Source: Acetobacteraceae bacterium (GTDB taxonomy: Bacteria > Pseudomonadota > Alphaproteobacteria > Acetobacterales > Acetobacteraceae). Taken from it: a stretch of 64,000 nt of DNA. Location of the stretch: contig DATAPW010000030.1 of the NCBI GenBank assembly GCA_036265005.1, positions 3,575-67,574 on the forward strand, read 5' to 3'. The position numbers and the translations under genes are program-made. Position 1 is the stretch's first letter; the number at the start of each line of letters is the position of its first letter. The notes under the pieces are model-generated. The model was given only the letters and a program-made list of their open reading frames with translations, was not told where the DNA came from and did no database searches. This document shows, in pieces, positions 27,730 to 36,991 of the stretch.

Positions 27730-29454
27730 TCAGAAGGTGGCACCCGCCTGCATGGCGAAGTGTTCGGCCACCGGGCCGAGCGCCAGCGCGGGGAAGAAGG
27801 TCAGGCCGCCCACGATCAGCACGGTGCCGACCAATAGGCCGACGAACTGCGGCCCGTGCGTCGGCAGCGTCCCCGCCGAGGCCGGCACGATGCGTTTCGC
27901 CGCCAGCATCCCGGCGATGCACAGTACCGGCACGATGACAATGAAGCGGCCGGCAAACATCGCCGCCGCCAGGGTGAGATTATAGAACGGCGTGTTGGCG
28001 CTCAGCCCGGCGAAGGCGCTGCCATTGGTCGCCGCCCCCGAGGTGTAGGCGTACAGCAGCTCGGAAAAGCCGTGCGGCCCGGCATTGTTCAGGCCCGCGA
28101 TCCCGGCAGGCAGCACGGCGGCCACTGCAGCCATGCCGAGGATGAACGCCGGCACGCAGAGCAGCGCCAGCATGGTCATCTTGACTTCGTTGCCCTCGAT
28201 CTTCTTGCCAAGATACTCCGGTGTCCGCCCGATCATCAGCCCGGCCGCGAACACCGCGACGATGGCGAACAGCAAGATCCCGAACAACCCGGAACCAGGT
28301 CCGCCGACGATGACCTCGTCCAGCATCATGTTGGCCATCAGCACCAGGCCGGAGAGCGGCATGAAGCTGTCATGCATCGAATTGACGGCGCCATCCGAGG
28401 AGGCCGAGGTCACCGTGGCGAACAGCGCAGACTGCCCGATGCCGAAACGCACCTCCTTGCCTTCCATGTTGCCGCCGGCCTGCCATTCGCCCACCGCCTG
28501 GTCGATGCCAAGTGGCGAGAACTGCGCATTGCGCGTGGCCTCGCTGGCGTGGATCACCGCCAGACCCGCCACGAACATCACTGCCATGGCAGCGAACAAT
28601 GCCCAGCCGTGGCGCTGATCGCCGACCATCCGGCCAAATGTGTTGGTCAGCGCCACGCCGATAAGGAAGATCAGCAGCATTTCGACGACGCCCGACAGGG
28701 CTGTCGGATTCTCGAACGGATGCGCCGAGTTGGCGTTGAAGAAGCCGCCGCCATCGCCGCTCAGCAGCTTGATGGCCTCCTGCGAGGCAACCGGCCCGCG
28801 CGCCAGGACCTGATTGGCGCCTTCCAGGGTGGTCGCGCTGACATACGCGCCGAGGGTCTGCGGCACGCCCTGCCAGACCAGGAAGAGCCCGGCAACAATG
28901 CAGACCGGCAGCAGCACGTAGAGCGTGATCCGCGTCACATCCACCCAGAAATTGCCGATCGTCCTTGCCGACCGGCGCGCGAAACCACGCACCAGCGCGA
29001 TCGCCACCGCGACGCCGGTTGCTCCGGACAGGAACGACTGGACGGTGATGCCCGCCATCTGCGGGAGATAACCGAGCGTCGTTTCGCCGCCATAGGACTG
29101 CCAACTGGTGTTGGTGGCGAAGCTCACTGCCGTATTCAGTGCCAGGTCAGGCGCGACCGCATCGAATTGCTGCGGGTTGAGCGGCAGGATGTTCTGCAAA
29201 CGCTGCAGGCCATACAGCACGAGGATGCCGACTGCGTGAAACGCCAGCATCGCGAACGCGTAGCCGACCCAGCTCTGCTCTTCCGCCGGATTGACCCCCG
29301 CAAGGCGATACAGGCCGTTCTCGATCGGCGCCAGGGCACGCTGAACCTTGCCGCACCCGTCGACATTGCGCGCGATATAGCCGCCGAGAGGCTTCACCAC
29401 CGCCGTGATCAATGCGGCAAACAGCGCGATCTGCAGCAAGCCTTGCCAGGTCAC
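27730..29454 (-). CDS. kdpA: Potassium-transporting ATPase subunit KdpA
   Basis: 574 aa. All four selectivity-filter regions are recognisable: [51 protein letters not shown] and [14 protein letters not shown]. The GTG start overlaps the candidate kdpF stop. Confidence 0.9.
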   Translation of the reverse strand: MTWQGLLQIALFAALITAVVKPLGGYIARNVDGCGKVQRALAPIENGLYRLAGVNPAEEQSWVGYAFAMLAFHAVGILVLYGLQRLQNILPLNPQQFDAVAPDLALNTAVSFATNTSWQSYGGETTLGYLPQMAGITVQSFLSGATGVAVAIALVRGFARRSARTIGNFWVDVTRITLYVLLPVCIVAGLFLVWQGVPQTLGAYVSATTLEGANQVLARGPVASQEAIKLLSGDGGGFFNANSAHPFENPTALSGVVEMLLIFLIGVALTNTFGRMVGDQRHGWALFAAMAVMFVAGLAVIHASEATRNAQFSPLGIDQAVGEWQAGGNMEGKEVRFGIGQSALFATVTSASSDGAVNSMHDSFMPLSGLVLMANMMLDEVIVGGPGSGLFGILLFAIVAVFAAGLMIGRTPEYLGKKIEGNEVKMTMLALLCVPAFILGMAAVAAVLPAGIAGLNNAGPHGFSELLYAYTSGAATNGSAFAGLSANTPFYNLTLAAAMFAGRFIVIVPVLCIAGMLAAKRIVPASAGTLPTHGPQFVGLLVGTVLIVGGLTFFPALALGPVAEHFAMQAGATF

Positions 29455-29555
29455 GGCGACGCGTCCCCGGCACTGCCGCCAGATCCTGTCAGGTCAGCGC
29501 AGGCCCACACGTAGCCAACGGCTCCGGCGAACGCCACGGCGAGCAGCAGTATCAT
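29451..29555 (-). CDS. Candidate KdpF-like small membrane peptide (34 aa)
   Basis: My translation is [34 protein letters not shown]. It has one hydrophobic helix. Its stop overlaps the kdpA GTG (GTGA), the position kdpF normally occupies. There is no clear SD before the ATG, and the C-terminus does not match the usual KdpF ending as I recall it. Confidence 0.35.
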   Translation of the reverse strand: MILLLAVAFAGAVGYVWACADLTGSGGSAGDASP

Positions 29556-29630
29556 CAGCAGGTCGAACAGGATCTGTCCTTTCGGAACGTTCGAAGGCTA
29601 GCGCCCGGCGACTCAGCGTAACACGACGCA

Positions 29631-29661
29631 GGGCGGAAGAGCGCAGCGCATTCCGCCCTAC
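29631..29661. repeat. REP-like hairpin copy (b)
   Basis: gggcggaagagcgcagcgcattccgccctac. The 8-bp stem is GGGCGGAA/TTCCGCCC and the loop contains GCGCAGCGCA. It lies between the dapA-like stop and kdpF. Confidence 0.6.
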
Positions 29662-29678
29662 ATCCCTCACCGTCGATA

Positions 29679-30611
29679 CTAGCTTGCGAGCGCAAAGATC
29701 GGATGTTGTGCGGCGCACTCCTCCGCCAGCATCACCGATGGCATCACCGCCAGCAGCCGCTCCTGGGTAGCCAGAGTGGCACGGGTCAGCGGCAGCCGCA
29801 CCTCGTCCGAACACAGCCCCAGGCCGGCCAGTGCGGCCTTCACCGGAATCGGGTTGCTCTCTTTGAACAGCACGCCGTGCAGCGGATCGAGCACGTCGCG
29901 CAGCGCGGCGAATTTGTCCAGCTCGCCACCCTCCCATGCCCGGTGCAGCGCTGCGCACAGCGCCGGCGTCACGTTCGCGGTGACCGAGATGCAGCCGGCG
30001 CCACCCATCGCGCGGTAGCCCGGCGCGGTGGCGTCATCGCCGCTCCATTGCATGAAGGCATTGCCGCACCTTGCGCGCAGCCGGGTCGGCCGCGACAGGT
30101 CGGCGGTGGCATCCTTCAAGCCGACAATGAGTTCCGCGTCATGCAGCCGCGCCACCGTGTCGTCGCTGATCGCCACGCCGGAGCGCGACGGAACGTCGTA
30201 GAGCACAATCGGAAGATCCGTCGCGTGGGCGATGGCACGGATATGCGCGATGATGCCGTCCTGTGTCGGCTTCACGTAGGGCGGCACCGCGCACAGCAGC
30301 GCATCCGCACCGGCCGACGCCGCTTCGGTGCCCATGGCAATTGCCGCGGGCGTCGCCAAAGCCGTGCAGCCGGCGACCACCGGCACACGACGCGATGCGG
30401 CGTCCGCCACGGTGCGCACGGCACGTGCGTATTCAGACAGGATCAGCGAAGCAGCCTCACCGGTGCTGCCGCAGACGATCAGTCCGGCGGTGCCGCGGTC
30501 GATCTGCCGCTGGGACAGGCGGAACAATGCCTCCCAGTCAACGGTGGCATTGCGGAATGGCGTGGCGAGCGCCGTCAAGGAGCCGCCGACGCAGGCGATT
30601 GCATTGTGCAT
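29679..30611 (-). CDS. dapA: 4-hydroxy-tetrahydrodipicolinate synthase / DapA-family lyase
   Basis: 310 aa with GSTGEA, LYDVPSRSG, the GLKDAT catalytic-Lys region and ISVTANV...NPIPVK. It is colinear with E. coli DapA as I recall it. Family members with other substrates cannot be excluded. Confidence 0.7.
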   Translation of the reverse strand: MHNAIACVGGSLTALATPFRNATVDWEALFRLSQRQIDRGTAGLIVCGSTGEAASLILSEYARAVRTVADAASRRVPVVAGCTALATPAAIAMGTEAASAGADALLCAVPPYVKPTQDGIIAHIRAIAHATDLPIVLYDVPSRSGVAISDDTVARLHDAELIVGLKDATADLSRPTRLRARCGNAFMQWSGDDATAPGYRAMGGAGCISVTANVTPALCAALHRAWEGGELDKFAALRDVLDPLHGVLFKESNPIPVKAALAGLGLCSDEVRLPLTRATLATQERLLAVMPSVMLAEECAAQHPIFALAS

Positions 30612-30625
30612 CGTGACGGCTCCTG

Positions 30626-31105
30626 TCAGGCGCAGCGGCGCAGGCCGAATGCAGGCACTTCGGCGCAGAGCACCTGGCAGCCCGTCGCATCTCGCGCAAG
30701 GATTGCGGCAAAGCCGTGCAGCGCCAGCATGCGGCGGACTTGGGTCACCATGGCGGGAAGGGCGTCAATCCGGATCGCCAGGCGGCCATTGGCCACCAGG
30801 GCACGGCGGATCCAGGGCAATCTGATGGCCAGCCAATCGAGCGACGGAACACGCGGGACGATCACCAGGCTGGCACTCTCGGATTCGGGCCGCTCGAATG
30901 GGCGGAGGTGGGTCACCTGTGGCGCACCCGCCCGCAGCAGCGCGCACATCAGGTCGGGACCATTGCCGCCCAATACGAGTATGTGCTCCTCGTCGTCGAT
31001 CGCGCCGAGGCTATCGACGAGGGCGGCGTCTGGTTCGACAGGTTGCGGCGGCAGGCTCGGCGGTGCGCGACGTGGCGCGACCGCCGCACGGACGTGCGTC
31101 AGCAT
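30626..31105 (-). CDS. Hypothetical protein (159 aa), weak Rossmann/methyltransferase-like motif
   Basis: The ATG at 31105 lies 9 nt after AGGAG, and third codon positions are GC-rich. It ends 14 nt before the dapA-like start, which has its own AGGAG. HILVLGGNGPDLMCALL resembles motif I of SAM-MTases, but only loosely. Confidence 0.5.
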   Translation of the reverse strand: MLTHVRAAVAPRRAPPSLPPQPVEPDAALVDSLGAIDDEEHILVLGGNGPDLMCALLRAGAPQVTHLRPFERPESESASLVIVPRVPSLDWLAIRLPWIRRALVANGRLAIRIDALPAMVTQVRRMLALHGFAAILARDATGCQVLCAEVPAFGLRRCA

Positions 31106-31270
31106 GGGAGACGGCTCCTGAATGGTGCAATGCGCAGACCGGAATGGTCGCAATTCATGGCGGCCGGAAGATCGGCGGGATGGCATATAATTGCCATTGG
31201 TGTCGGAGCCGGCGCGTATAGCATTGGCGTGGGTTGTGGGTCGCCTCGGACCAGTCACGACGACTTTGCA

Positions 31271-31332
31271 GGGCGGAACGGCGCAGCGCATCGCACCGCG
31301 AGGGTGCTGGAATGCGCTGCGCCGTTCCGCCC
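31271..31332. repeat. REPIN-like perfect 21-bp inverted repeat of the REP-like unit (c)
   Basis: GGGCGGAACGGCGCAGCGCAT (31271-31291), a 20-nt spacer, then ATGCGCTGCGCCGTTCCGCCC (31312-31332). It lies 11 nt downstream of the hyuA stop on the minus strand. Confidence 0.85.
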
Positions 31333-31342
31333 AACAGTCCCG

Positions 31343-33373
31343 TTACGGTCCTGCACGCTCGCTTCGCCGCAGCATCAGGGCGCCGCTGGCCAGCATCTCC
31401 GCCTGCCATCCGTCGCTCACCAGCGTCGTGGCGTCGAGCTGCGTCACGATGGCGGGGCCATCGAAACGGTCGCCGGCGCCCAGTTCTGCACGGTCGTAAA
31501 CCAAGGCCTCCACCGAGCCGGCAGCACTGTGGACGACCTGGCGGGCGATCGGCTTCGCACCCGCACCCGCCGTCAACGCTGGCCGCGGCGGCGCGGGGAC
31601 GCTGCCTTCCGCCTCCACGCGCAACGTGACCAATTCCACCTTGGCGTCGAGCGCAAAACCGTTCAGTGCCTGATGCGCGTCGGCAAACACCACCTGTGCG
31701 GCAGCAGCGCCGCCCGGCCAGACGATGGCAAGCTCCGAGCCCTGGCCTTCGTAACGCAACAGCGCAACGCGCGTGGTCTTCCTGTCATCGGCCGCGACGC
31801 ACTCCGTATCGAACCAGGCATTCGCCTCCTGCTCCAGCGCAGCGAACACCGCATCGGCCGCGTCCCACTCATCGGGCCGCGGCAACGTCCGCGAGAACTC
31901 GGACTTCAGTGCAGCGGCCAGCAGTCCTTCGGCGCACAGCACGCCGGGCGCCGGCGGCACCAGCACGCGCGTGACGCCGAGTAGTTCCGCGAGCGCACAG
32001 CCATGCAGCGGTCCGGCGCCGCCGAATGGCACCAGGGTGAAGTCGCGCGGATCGTGCCCGCGTTCGACCGACACCACGCGGATCGCGCCCACCATGTTCG
32101 AATCGGCGATCGCCAGGATCCCGCGCGCCGCATCGTGCAAGGACAACCCGAGCGGTTCGGCAACGCGCACGCGGATCGCCTGCGCCGCCAGCACGGTGTC
32201 AAGCGTCAAGCGGCCGCCCAGCAACGACGTCGGCAAATGACCCAGCACGAGATGAGCATCGGTGACGGTGGGCTCCTCGCCGCCGGTTCCGTAGCAGGCG
32301 GGACCTGGCATGGCACCGGCGCTGGCGGGACCGACGGTCAGCGCGTCATCCGACAGCCGCGCGATCGAGCCGCCGCCCGCACCGATGGTCACCATGTCCA
32401 CCATCGGCAGCGACAATGGCCACTCGCCGATCCGCCCGCGCTGGGTAAGCTGGATCTGTCCGCCGCGGAGCAGGCAGATATCCGCACTGGTACCGCCGAT
32501 ATCGACCGTGACGATGTCGCCGATGCCAGATGCCGCGGCGACGTCGCGCGCACCAACGACGCCGGCGGCCGGACCTGACAGCACGGTGAGCGCTGGCGCC
32601 CTGCCGATCGTGGCTGCGCCCGCGACGCCGCCGTTCGACTGCATCAGCAGCAGCGGCGCCGTGATGTCTGCGTCGGCCAGGCGGCGTTGCAGGCGGGTCA
32701 CATAGGTGGTGACCGCCGGCATCACGCCGGCATTCATGATGGTGGCGAGGCTGCGCTCGTATTCGCGGGCGACCGGCAATACGTCCACCGATGCGGTGAT
32801 TGCGATCTCCGGCAATGCCGCGCGCAGCATCTCGGCCACGCGACGCTCATGCGCGGGATATGCGAAGGAGTGCAGCAGGCAGATCGCCACCGACTGCACA
32901 TCGAGCCGGCGCAGCGTCGTTGCCACGTCGTGCACGCTGGCTTCGTCCAGCGACATGAGCACGATACCGCCCGGACCGACACGCTCCGTTACTTCCAGCA
33001 CGCGGGCCGGCGGCACGGGACGCTGCGGCTTCACCCAGGCGAACAGGTTGGCATGGCGCGGAATGTCCTGCCGGCCGATCTCCAGCACATGCCGGAAGCC
33101 GGAGGTGGTCACCAAAGCGGTGCGCGCGGTTTTGCCCTCCAGGATCAGGTTGGTGGCGACAGTGGTCCCGTGCAGCACGCGGTCAACCGCGGTCGGCTGT
33201 GCATCTGCGTCGGCCAGCGCCAGCAACACACCGACAAGGAAGGCTTCGGATGGATCCGCAGGCGTGCTCGGTGTCTTCGCGCGCCAAAGTTGCCCGGTTG
33301 CGCGATCGGCCAACGTGACGTCGGTGAACGTGCCGCCGATATCCACCGCAACGATGAGGTCAGCCGATCGCAT
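31343..33373 (-). CDS. Hydantoinase/oxoprolinase family, A subunit (HyuA-like)
   Basis: 676 aa. VAVDIGGTFTDV at the N-terminus and DIGGTSADI centrally are typical of the hydantoinase_A ASKHA fold. Confidence 0.9.
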   Translation of the reverse strand: MRSADLIVAVDIGGTFTDVTLADRATGQLWRAKTPSTPADPSEAFLVGVLLALADADAQPTAVDRVLHGTTVATNLILEGKTARTALVTTSGFRHVLEIGRQDIPRHANLFAWVKPQRPVPPARVLEVTERVGPGGIVLMSLDEASVHDVATTLRRLDVQSVAICLLHSFAYPAHERRVAEMLRAALPEIAITASVDVLPVAREYERSLATIMNAGVMPAVTTYVTRLQRRLADADITAPLLLMQSNGGVAGAATIGRAPALTVLSGPAAGVVGARDVAAASGIGDIVTVDIGGTSADICLLRGGQIQLTQRGRIGEWPLSLPMVDMVTIGAGGGSIARLSDDALTVGPASAGAMPGPACYGTGGEEPTVTDAHLVLGHLPTSLLGGRLTLDTVLAAQAIRVRVAEPLGLSLHDAARGILAIADSNMVGAIRVVSVERGHDPRDFTLVPFGGAGPLHGCALAELLGVTRVLVPPAPGVLCAEGLLAAALKSEFSRTLPRPDEWDAADAVFAALEQEANAWFDTECVAADDRKTTRVALLRYEGQGSELAIVWPGGAAAAQVVFADAHQALNGFALDAKVELVTLRVEAEGSVPAPPRPALTAGAGAKPIARQVVHSAAGSVEALVYDRAELGAGDRFDGPAIVTQLDATTLVSDGWQAEMLASGALMLRRSERAGP

Positions 33374-35117
33374 CGACGTAGCCCTTGCGGTGGAACGCCT
33401 TCACCGCTGACCTCGTCGCCCGCAGGGAGGCGGTCGCAGCTTGATCCACGGCGTCGTTGCCGATCACGACACCATAATCGCGCCGCGCCGCGTCGATCGA
33501 CACGAAGCCGTCGTGAATGTCGTGCAGTACGTGGTCGGCCGGCCGATCGAACGGATGCCCGTAGCCGCCACCGCCGCCGGTCTCCAGCAGCAGGATATCG
33601 CCGCGGCGCAGCACCGTGCCGTCGGACAATGGCGCAAGCTGCTGCTCGTGCGGCGTACCAGGGTTGACCACCGCGCGTCCGGTGCCGCCCTGCAGGCCAC
33701 CCGCAACGCCCCACGGTGGATTGACCACGCTGTCGATGCGCATCGACAGCACGGCATGCTCCGCCAGGACCTCGTATTCGCGCACCACCCCTGCCCCGCC
33801 GCGGAACCGCCCTGGGCCGCCGCTGTCGCAGTTGATGCCATAGCGCCGCAGCATGACCGGATAGCCGAGTTCCAGGAATTCGATGGGGTAGTTCTCCTGC
33901 GCGACGAAGTAGACCGCATCGATGCCGTCCGCCGTTGCCCGAGCGCCATAGCCGACGCCGACCCCATCCGACATCAGGAACGATTTTCCACCGGCGCTGC
34001 CGCGCAGCATGATGATGACGTAGGCCGAGTGCGCCGCCGGTGCGCTGCCGCCGGCGACATTCACCAGCCCGTTCAGCACCGCGAGGAACCGCATCATCGT
34101 CATGCCGCGCAGCCCGAGCGGCGCGGGAAAGCGCGGCCACAGCAACGACCCTTCGCGCAGCCGCACCTCGTCCAGAGCGCGCGGGCCGCCGGCGTTGCAC
34201 ACCTGCGCCGGATCGCCGCCGAGGAAGAACAGCCCAAGTGCCATCCCAGGCACGTCTGGGTTCATCAGGAAATTCACCGGGCCGGGCGCCTGGTCGTCGG
34301 TCTCGGTGGCGTCCAGGATGAAGCGATCATCCGGCGTGCGGGTGAGCGCCAGCCGGATGAAGAATGGGCCGTTGCCGTGGCCGTCGGAGTCGATCGCATC
34401 GCTGAACCGGTGGGTACCGACCGCGAAAGTCTCCCGCAGTTTCGCCCGTACCAGTTCGCGGGTACGCGTGAACAACTGGCTGAAGGCTTCCGCAACCACC
34501 TGCGGTCCGAAGCGCTGCACGATCTCCGTCACGCGGCGCACCCCCAGATCCACCGACGCCATGAGTGCCCGCGCATCGCCGCGGCTCTGCGCCGGATAGC
34601 GCGAATTGCGGTGGAAGATCTCGAGTGCCGCCTCGTTCACCGTCCCCGCATCGATCAGCTTCGTGGGCGGGATGATGATGCCCTCCTGGAAGATGTCTGT
34701 GGCATCGGAACTGATCGAGCCGGGGCGCAATCCGCCGATATCGGAGAAATGCGCCCAGCCCATCACGAACGCCGCGCGCCGGCCTTCATGGAACACCGGC
34801 GCGAGAAACACCTGGTCGTTGGAATGCGACACCGCGCCGCGTGAGGCATAGCAGTCGCTGTACCAGTAAAGATCGCCCTCCCGCATCGTGTCGGGCGGAA
34901 AGCGGGCGAACACCGGCCCGGTGATGTCGCCGAAGATCGGCACCATCGAGCCGACCACCATGACGCCATCGGCGTCGAACAGGGCGGTGTAGAAATCCTT
35001 CTTCTCACGAATGAAGGCGCTGATCGCGGTGCGTTCCAGCAGCGCGTCCATCTCCGCCTGCGCCGCGCGGATCGCACCGCGAATGATCTCCAGCTTGATC
35101 GGATCGAGACGCTGCAT
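33360..35117 (-). CDS. Hydantoinase B/oxoprolinase family, B subunit (HyuB-like)
   Basis: 585 aa with the typical N-terminus DPIKLEIIRGAIRAAQAEMDALLERTAISAFIREKKDF. It overlaps hyuA by 14 nt. Confidence 0.9.
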   Translation of the reverse strand: MQRLDPIKLEIIRGAIRAAQAEMDALLERTAISAFIREKKDFYTALFDADGVMVVGSMVPIFGDITGPVFARFPPDTMREGDLYWYSDCYASRGAVSHSNDQVFLAPVFHEGRRAAFVMGWAHFSDIGGLRPGSISSDATDIFQEGIIIPPTKLIDAGTVNEAALEIFHRNSRYPAQSRGDARALMASVDLGVRRVTEIVQRFGPQVVAEAFSQLFTRTRELVRAKLRETFAVGTHRFSDAIDSDGHGNGPFFIRLALTRTPDDRFILDATETDDQAPGPVNFLMNPDVPGMALGLFFLGGDPAQVCNAGGPRALDEVRLREGSLLWPRFPAPLGLRGMTMMRFLAVLNGLVNVAGGSAPAAHSAYVIIMLRGSAGGKSFLMSDGVGVGYGARATADGIDAVYFVAQENYPIEFLELGYPVMLRRYGINCDSGGPGRFRGGAGVVREYEVLAEHAVLSMRIDSVVNPPWGVAGGLQGGTGRAVVNPGTPHEQQLAPLSDGTVLRRGDILLLETGGGGGYGHPFDRPADHVLHDIHDGFVSIDAARRDYGVVIGNDAVDQAATASLRATRSAVKAFHRKGYVDAIG

Positions 35118-35863
35118 CAGTCGGCAACGAACGCGCGATAGACCTCCACCATGTCGGCGACCGAGGCCCTGTAGAGCTGCGCCCCGTGTTCGGGCGTGGA
35201 CAGCGACGGATCCGAACCAATGCGGCCGTCCGGAAAGCGCCGGCGATAATCGGCGCTGTCGAAGAACCCCGTGCTCTTCGGCGCCACCTTCGGCGACATC
35301 TGCGCATGCTTGATCGCAGTCGGCTGGTAGTGCTGCGCCAGGGACACCTCCGCCGCAGTCGCATGGCTGCCGTTCGAGTCGCCATAGAACTCCTTGGCCA
35401 GCGCCGTGGCGCGCGGCCCCTGCGACCAGAACAGCATCTTGCAGCGCACCGGCGAGGGCTCACCCGGCGCGCGCATCGATGACGCGGCATAGACCTCATC
35501 GAACGCGGCGGTCACCGTGGCGACGTTGCCGCCGTGGCCGTTGATGAACAGGAAGCGCTCGAAGCCGTGCTTCACCAACGAGGTCACCACGTCGCCCACC
35601 AGCGCGATCAACGTCGAAGGCCGCAGCGTGATGGAACCGGCAAATCCGAGATGGTGCTGCGACATGCCGATGGTGAGCGTGGGCGCCACCAGTGCGCCGA
35701 TCTCGTCGCCGACCCCCTTGGCGACAAACTCGGCATCCAGGTGATCGGTGCCGATCAGGCCATTTGGCCCATGCTGCTCGGTGGACCCGATCGGGATGAT
35801 AATCCCGCGCGAGGTCCGCAGGTACTCCTCGACCTCATGCCACGTGGAAAGCGCGAGCTGCAT
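35117..35863 (-). CDS. Creatininase (creatinine amidohydrolase) family protein
   Basis: IIIPIGSTEQHGP...LFINGHGGN are the metal-binding motifs of the family. The track ORF was trimmed to the ATG at 35863, which is preceded by AAGGAG. The stop shares one base with the hyuB ATG (TGATG). Confidence 0.85.
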   Translation of the reverse strand: MQLALSTWHEVEEYLRTSRGIIIPIGSTEQHGPNGLIGTDHLDAEFVAKGVGDEIGALVAPTLTIGMSQHHLGFAGSITLRPSTLIALVGDVVTSLVKHGFERFLFINGHGGNVATVTAAFDEVYAASSMRAPGEPSPVRCKMLFWSQGPRATALAKEFYGDSNGSHATAAEVSLAQHYQPTAIKHAQMSPKVAPKSTGFFDSADYRRRFPDGRIGSDPSLSTPEHGAQLYRASVADMVEVYRAFVAD

Positions 35864-35985
35864 GTTTTTTCTCCTTACGTCACCCATCATTCCGAGGAGC
35901 GCTGCGACGCCTCGTTCACGGCGCTCATCGGGAACGAGATTGCCGCGTCGCTGTGCTTCTCGCAATGACAGGACCCGCAATGGCG

Positions 35986-36747
35986 CTATTTGTGCGCCAG
36001 GAATTGCAGCAGCGCCGCATTGAACAGCGCCGGATCCTGCAGGAACGCGAAATGGCTGACGGCTGGCAGTATCAGCTCGCCTGCCCCGGGAATCAGCGAC
36101 GCCATGTAATCGGTGTTCTCGCGCCTGATCGCCTCATCGTGGTCGGCATCGACGATCCAGGTCGGCACCTTGATGCCGCGCAACTCCGTTTCGGTAAAGT
36201 GCGGTTCGCTCGCCCACATCATGCTGATGGTGTCGAGGAACGCCTTGAACTGCGTCGGTGTCGGCGACAGCTTTTGGTATTTATGCGCGGCGCGATCGAT
36301 ATACGCGGTGAACACCGGGCTCTTGTCAACGTCCTTCACACCGGACGGATCCGAGTTCGCCGCGAAGGCGAACAACCTGCTGAGTCGCTCCGGGTGATGA
36401 ATGGCAATGTCGAGGCCGATGATCGCGCCGTCGCTCCAGCCCACCAGCGCAGCCTTGCGCACCTGCAACGTATCCATCAGCGCGAGCACATCCGACGCCA
36501 TCGCATCATAGCCGATCGGCGCAGCGGTCCGCGTGCTGCGGCCGTGGCCGCGGCTGTCCAGCACGATGACCTGATAGCGCCTGGCGAGCACGGGGATCTG
36601 CAGCCCCCAATAGTCCGAATTTGCCAGGCCGCCATGCACCAGGATCACCGGATCGCCGTGGCCATAGACCGCGTACCACAACCAAATGCCGTTGACCGGC
36701 GCGGTGCCGCTGAGTTCCGGCGTCGGTAGCTCCGGCGTCGGAGGCAA
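35986..36747 (-). CDS. Alpha/beta hydrolase; true start unclear, with a possible N-terminal signal peptide up to 36852
   Basis: VILVHGGLANSDYW...VIVLDSRGHGRS...LVGWSDGA is the nucleophile-elbow variant. The frame stays open upstream to 36858 and encodes RSRRLEFALFTLLAVVWFRPADA, which looks like a signal peptide. See the findings. Confidence 0.8.
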   Translation of the reverse strand: MPPTPELPTPELSGTAPVNGIWLWYAVYGHGDPVILVHGGLANSDYWGLQIPVLARRYQVIVLDSRGHGRSTRTAAPIGYDAMASDVLALMDTLQVRKAALVGWSDGAIIGLDIAIHHPERLSRLFAFAANSDPSGVKDVDKSPVFTAYIDRAAHKYQKLSPTPTQFKAFLDTISMMWASEPHFTETELRGIKVPTWIVDADHDEAIRRENTDYMASLIPGAGELILPAVSHFAFLQDPALFNAALLQFLAHK

Positions 36748-36991
36748 ATGCTCCCACGGGTATTGCTGCGCATCCGCCGGCCGGAACCAGACGACGGCAA
36801 GCAGGGTGAACAGGGCAAACTCGAGGCGGCGCGATCGTGGCCGGTCTAGCAGTTCATTCTACTCCCTCACCCCTTCCGGTGCGCTGATATACCCCTTGGA
36901 CAGCGCCTTCAAATCCTGGCAGCCAACCCCATCATTAGGCTGAGCGGCGGGGCGGTCATCCCCGGCCCGCAATGTACTGGAGCAGATTGAG

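Noticed and set aside
27730-29454. kdpA as a pseudogene left over from operon loss
   Set aside because: The reading frame is uninterrupted over 574 codons, all four selectivity-filter motifs are conserved, and third positions are GC-rich like the host genes. There is no sign of decay, so it is reported as an intact orphan.
27856-29514. 552-aa plus-strand ORF opposite kdpA. The same class includes 15317-17059(-), 19000-20301(+), 42672-43820(+), 33441-34844(+), 12329-13588(-), 9567-10613(+), 24574-25686(+) and 48966-49484(-).
   Set aside because: All are antisense to genes with strong family motifs, and all translate to Arg/His/Pro/Gly-rich sequence. This is typical when the opposite strand has GC-rich third codon positions.
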